NCBI GenBank assembly: GCA_964440665.1
Contig: CAYTTF010000003.1
Coordinates: 1 to 38,842, forward strand
Direction of reading: 5' to 3'
Length of the DNA: 38,842 nt
Origin: an uncultured Myxococcales bacterium
GTDB taxonomy: Bacteria > Myxococcota_A > Polyangia > Fen-1088
Of the stretch, positions 36,769 through 38,842 are shown in pieces. Both the position numbers and the translations under genes were made by a program. Every line of letters starts with the position of its first letter. The first letter of the stretch is position 1. A model generated the notes under the pieces. The model made no database searches, was not told the DNA's origin, and worked only from the letters and a program-made list of their open reading frames with translations.

Positions 36769-38247
36769 ATGCTTCGATCACGGGTCGCGTCGGTGTCTTC
36801 GAGCCTGGTTTGGGGCCTGGCGGTCTGCGGCTGTGGCGGGGACGGCGGCTTCTCCTTGGTGCCGCCCAGCCCCAACCAGTCGCAGAACGTCATGGTGATC
36901 GACGAGGGGTTCGACCTGTCGGTGGGCGAGTTGCGGGGCAGGGTCGCCGCGGTCTACACCGAGACCTGCGTCGACGAGCCGACCAGCGCCGCCGACGCGG
37001 CCGTCTCGCCGGACGCGGGGGGCGCCGACGCGGCCGTCTCGCCGGACGCGGGGGGCGCCGACGCGGCCGTCTCGCCGGACGCGGGGGGCGCCGATGCGGC
37101 CGTCTCGTTCGATCAGATGAAGCAAGATCTCATAGCGGCGCTGAGCGTGCCCGACGACAGCTGCCATCTGACCGTCGGCATCGGAGCGAAGGCGGATCCC
37201 TTCCCGTCGATCGCGCAGTATCGCAACCGCTGGAACGCGATGGTCCGCGGCAACCAGGTCGGTCAGCAGGCCTTCTCGCTGGCTGAGCTCACCCAGATCA
37301 CCGATGTGCTGGACGCCGAGTTCCAAAACTTCCGCTATCACGGCACCGCGACCTCAGGCACGATCGTCCACGACAACCCAAACGTCCGGTTGGTGCTGGT
37401 CGAGCGGCAGCTGGCCTCCGAATCATCCGTGCAGAGCTCGTTCGTGTGCTTCGTGCAATCGGAAGTCGACCAGGCCGTGCAGCTCTTCTCCGATCCGCAA
37501 GTATTCGCCGCCCTGGTGAATCAACCGACCGAGCTCGAGGGCGACATCTCGCTGGCCCAAACGCAGTACGACGTCGGCCTGGTCAACGAGAGCTTCGGCT
37601 CGTCATCGCGGGCAACTCTGGAGACGGCCCAGATCACCAGCAACTGTCCGACGCCCATCGACCTGTCGGGCTATCTTGCGATCCTCGACCAGATCGAGCT
37701 GGCGCACGCCGCGACGATCCAGGGGCCTGCGGTCCTCACCGTCCAAGCGGCCGGGAACGACGGCTCGCAGATCGACAGCGGCGCCGACTCGCTCGCGTGC
37801 CACATCGGCGATCCGCTGTCGCTCCTGGTCGGCGCCTACAACCCGGGCAACCAGGTTCGGAACACCTTCTCGGACTTCGGCGCCTGCGTCGACGTCTACG
37901 CGCCGGGCCAGTCGATCGTCGCGCCATACGCGGGCGATTGGCTCCTGTGGCTGGCCGGTACCAGCCTCTCGTCGCCGATGGTGGCGCGCACGGTGTCGTT
38001 GACTACGGCGGCCCCCTTTGTGCCCGCGCAGGCGCGGACCAACCTCCTGGCGCTGCGAGGCGCGGACGGCAGCCTGCCGGTCGCTCTGTTCCCCAGCGAT
38101 TTTTTCTACGCGCCCGACGAGGCTGCGACGGCGGCCCTCATCGCCGTCTCATCCCCGCGCCGGGCATCGCCCCGGCCGCCGAGCCGGGTCGACCTCCACC
38201 GCGTCCTCCACCCGCTCTCCCTGCTGCGGACGCTTCGCCGTCGCTGA
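36769..38247 (+). CDS. S8 (subtilisin-like) serine peptidase lipoprotein
   Basis: Lipobox GLAVCGC. Catalytic-triad contexts VMVIDEGFD (Asp), YHGTATSG (His), LAGTSLSSPMVA (Ser), plus QAAGNDG (oxyanion Asn). Confidence 0.85.
   Translation: MLRSRVASVSSSLVWGLAVCGCGGDGGFSLVPPSPNQSQNVMVIDEGFDLSVGELRGRVAAVYTETCVDEPTSAADAAVSPDAGGADAAVSPDAGGADAAVSPDAGGADAAVSFDQMKQDLIAALSVPDDSCHLTVGIGAKADPFPSIAQYRNRWNAMVRGNQVGQQAFSLAELTQITDVLDAEFQNFRYHGTATSGTIVHDNPNVRLVLVERQLASESSVQSSFVCFVQSEVDQAVQLFSDPQVFAALVNQPTELEGDISLAQTQYDVGLVNESFGSSSRATLETAQITSNCPTPIDLSGYLAILDQIELAHAATIQGPAVLTVQAAGNDGSQIDSGADSLACHIGDPLSLLVGAYNPGNQVRNTFSDFGACVDVYAPGQSIVAPYAGDWLLWLAGTSLSSPMVARTVSLTTAAPFVPAQARTNLLALRGADGSLPVALFPSDFFYAPDEAATAALIAVSSPRRASPRPPSRVDLHRVLHPLSLLRTLRRR
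36991..37107 (+). repeat. Perfect in-frame 33-bp tandem repeat, 3.5 copies, encoding (ADAAVSPDAGG)n inside the S8 peptidase
   Basis: Units 36991-37023, 37024-37056 and 37057-37089 are identical. The partial fourth unit 37090-37107 carries one C>T change. Confidence 0.95.
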
Positions 38248-38269
38248 CATTTCGGAAACACACATGGCG

Positions 38270-38298
38270 TCGAAAAGCGCTCACGTCCGTCCTATACT
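38270..38298 (+). promoter_or_regulatory. Possible sigma-70-type promoter for fbaA (TCGAAA-N17-TATACT)
   Basis: TCGAAA at 38270-38275, 17-nt spacer, TATACT at 38293-38298, 18 nt before the ATG. By-eye match only. Confidence 0.3.
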
Positions 38299-38316
38299 GC
38301 CGCGCCAATGGGAACC

Positions 38317-38842
38317 ATGCAGATCAAGCCAGGGGTCGTGACGGGCAACGCTCTCAAAGAGCTGTTCGCCTATTGTAAAGAAGCCGGGGCGGCGCTGCCG
38401 TCGGTGAACGCGATCGGATCGCACTCGGCGAACGCCGCGATGGCGGCCGCCAAGGAGGCCAAGGCCCCGATCATCATCCAGTTCTCGCACACCGGCGCGC
38501 AGTTCTACGGCGGCAAGTCGCTCGACAATTCCGCGCAGCAGGCCTCGATCGCCGGTGCCATCGCCGGCGCGCTCCACGTGAGGACGCTGGCCAAGGTCTA
38601 CGGCGTGCCGGTGGTGCTGCACACCGACCACTGCGCCAAGAAGATTCTCCCCTGGGTCGACGGCGTCATCGCGGCCGGTGAGGAATACTTCGCGCGCAAC
38701 GGCGAGCCGCTCTTCAGCTCGCACATGCTCGACCTTTCGGAGCAGCCGCTGGCGGAGAACATCGAGATCAGCGCCAAGACGCTGACCCGCATCGCCAAGA
38801 TGAACATGACGCTGGAGATCGAGCTCGGCGTCACCGGCGGCG
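38317..38842 (+). CDS. fbaA: Fructose-bisphosphate aldolase class II; 3' end lies outside the window
   Basis: Not in the ORF track because it has no stop. My translation from ATG 38317: MQIKPGVVTGNALKELFAYCKEAGAALPSVNAIGSHSANAAMAAAKEAKAPIIIQFS...YGVPVVLHTDHCAKKILPWVDG...PLFSSHMLDLSEQPL...MTLEIELGVTGG. This is collinear with E. coli FbaA motifs (HTDHCAKK, LFSSHMIDLSEE, MTLEIELG). Confidence 0.95.
   Translation, partial: MQIKPGVVTGNALKELFAYCKEAGAALPSVNAIGSHSANAAMAAAKEAKAPIIIQFSHTGAQFYGGKSLDNSAQQASIAGAIAGALHVRTLAKVYGVPVVLHTDHCAKKILPWVDGVIAAGEEYFARNGEPLFSSHMLDLSEQPLAENIEISAKTLTRIAKMNMTLEIELGVTGG

Noticed and set aside
36991-37107. The 33-bp repeats considered as a possible CRISPR array.
   Set aside because: The units are contiguous with no spacers, in frame inside a protease gene, not palindromic, and no cas genes are present.

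Overview
Very GC-rich bacterial chromosomal segment (hand counts: 75/100 G+C at 16501-16600; 53/99 at 18001-18099 inside gspG). No homology search was possible, so every call rests on motifs read from the supplied translations and the raw sequence. Start codons are the least certain coordinates.

Gene content suggests a Myxococcota-like organism (inference only): a PEGA-domain Ser/Thr kinase, several sigma-54 enhancer-binding proteins, a PilM-like GspL, and long Pro/Gly/Ala-rich linkers.

Layout:
- purL 3' part (2-2995, +).
- A minus-strand block (3011-7115): small secreted Cys protein, hybrid histidine kinase, a 60-aa Lys/Asp-rich secreted peptide with a candidate sigma-54 promoter and a clean rho-independent terminator, and exbD-exbB.
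- A polytopic histidine kinase and an NtrC-type response regulator (7192-11110, +).
- A complete, tightly coupled gspC-D-E-F-G-H-I-J-K-L-M-N type II secretion operon (11186-25315, +), preceded by a sigma-54-type -24/-12 match.
- A receiver-less sigma-54 activator (25328-26386, -), divergent from a SprT-like HExxH protein (+).
- A minus-strand run (27408-32908): membrane protein, malQ, Gly-rich ConA-like lipoprotein, GrpB, glycosyltransferase.
- A PEGA Ser/Thr kinase translationally coupled to a secreted alpha/beta hydrolase, then an S8 subtilase lipoprotein carrying a perfect 33-bp x3.5 tandem repeat (33188-38247, +).
- The 5' part of class II fbaA (38317-38842, +).

I found no rRNA, tRNA, CRISPR array, transposase or recognisable defence genes. 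I do not see an unmistakably new multi-gene system. The most interesting material is regulatory: two-component and sigma-54 wiring around the T2SS, a sigma-54-driven small secreted peptide beside an orphan ExbBD pair, and several structural oddities in the Gsp proteins. The many long ORFs antisense to recognisable genes look like GC-content artefacts.
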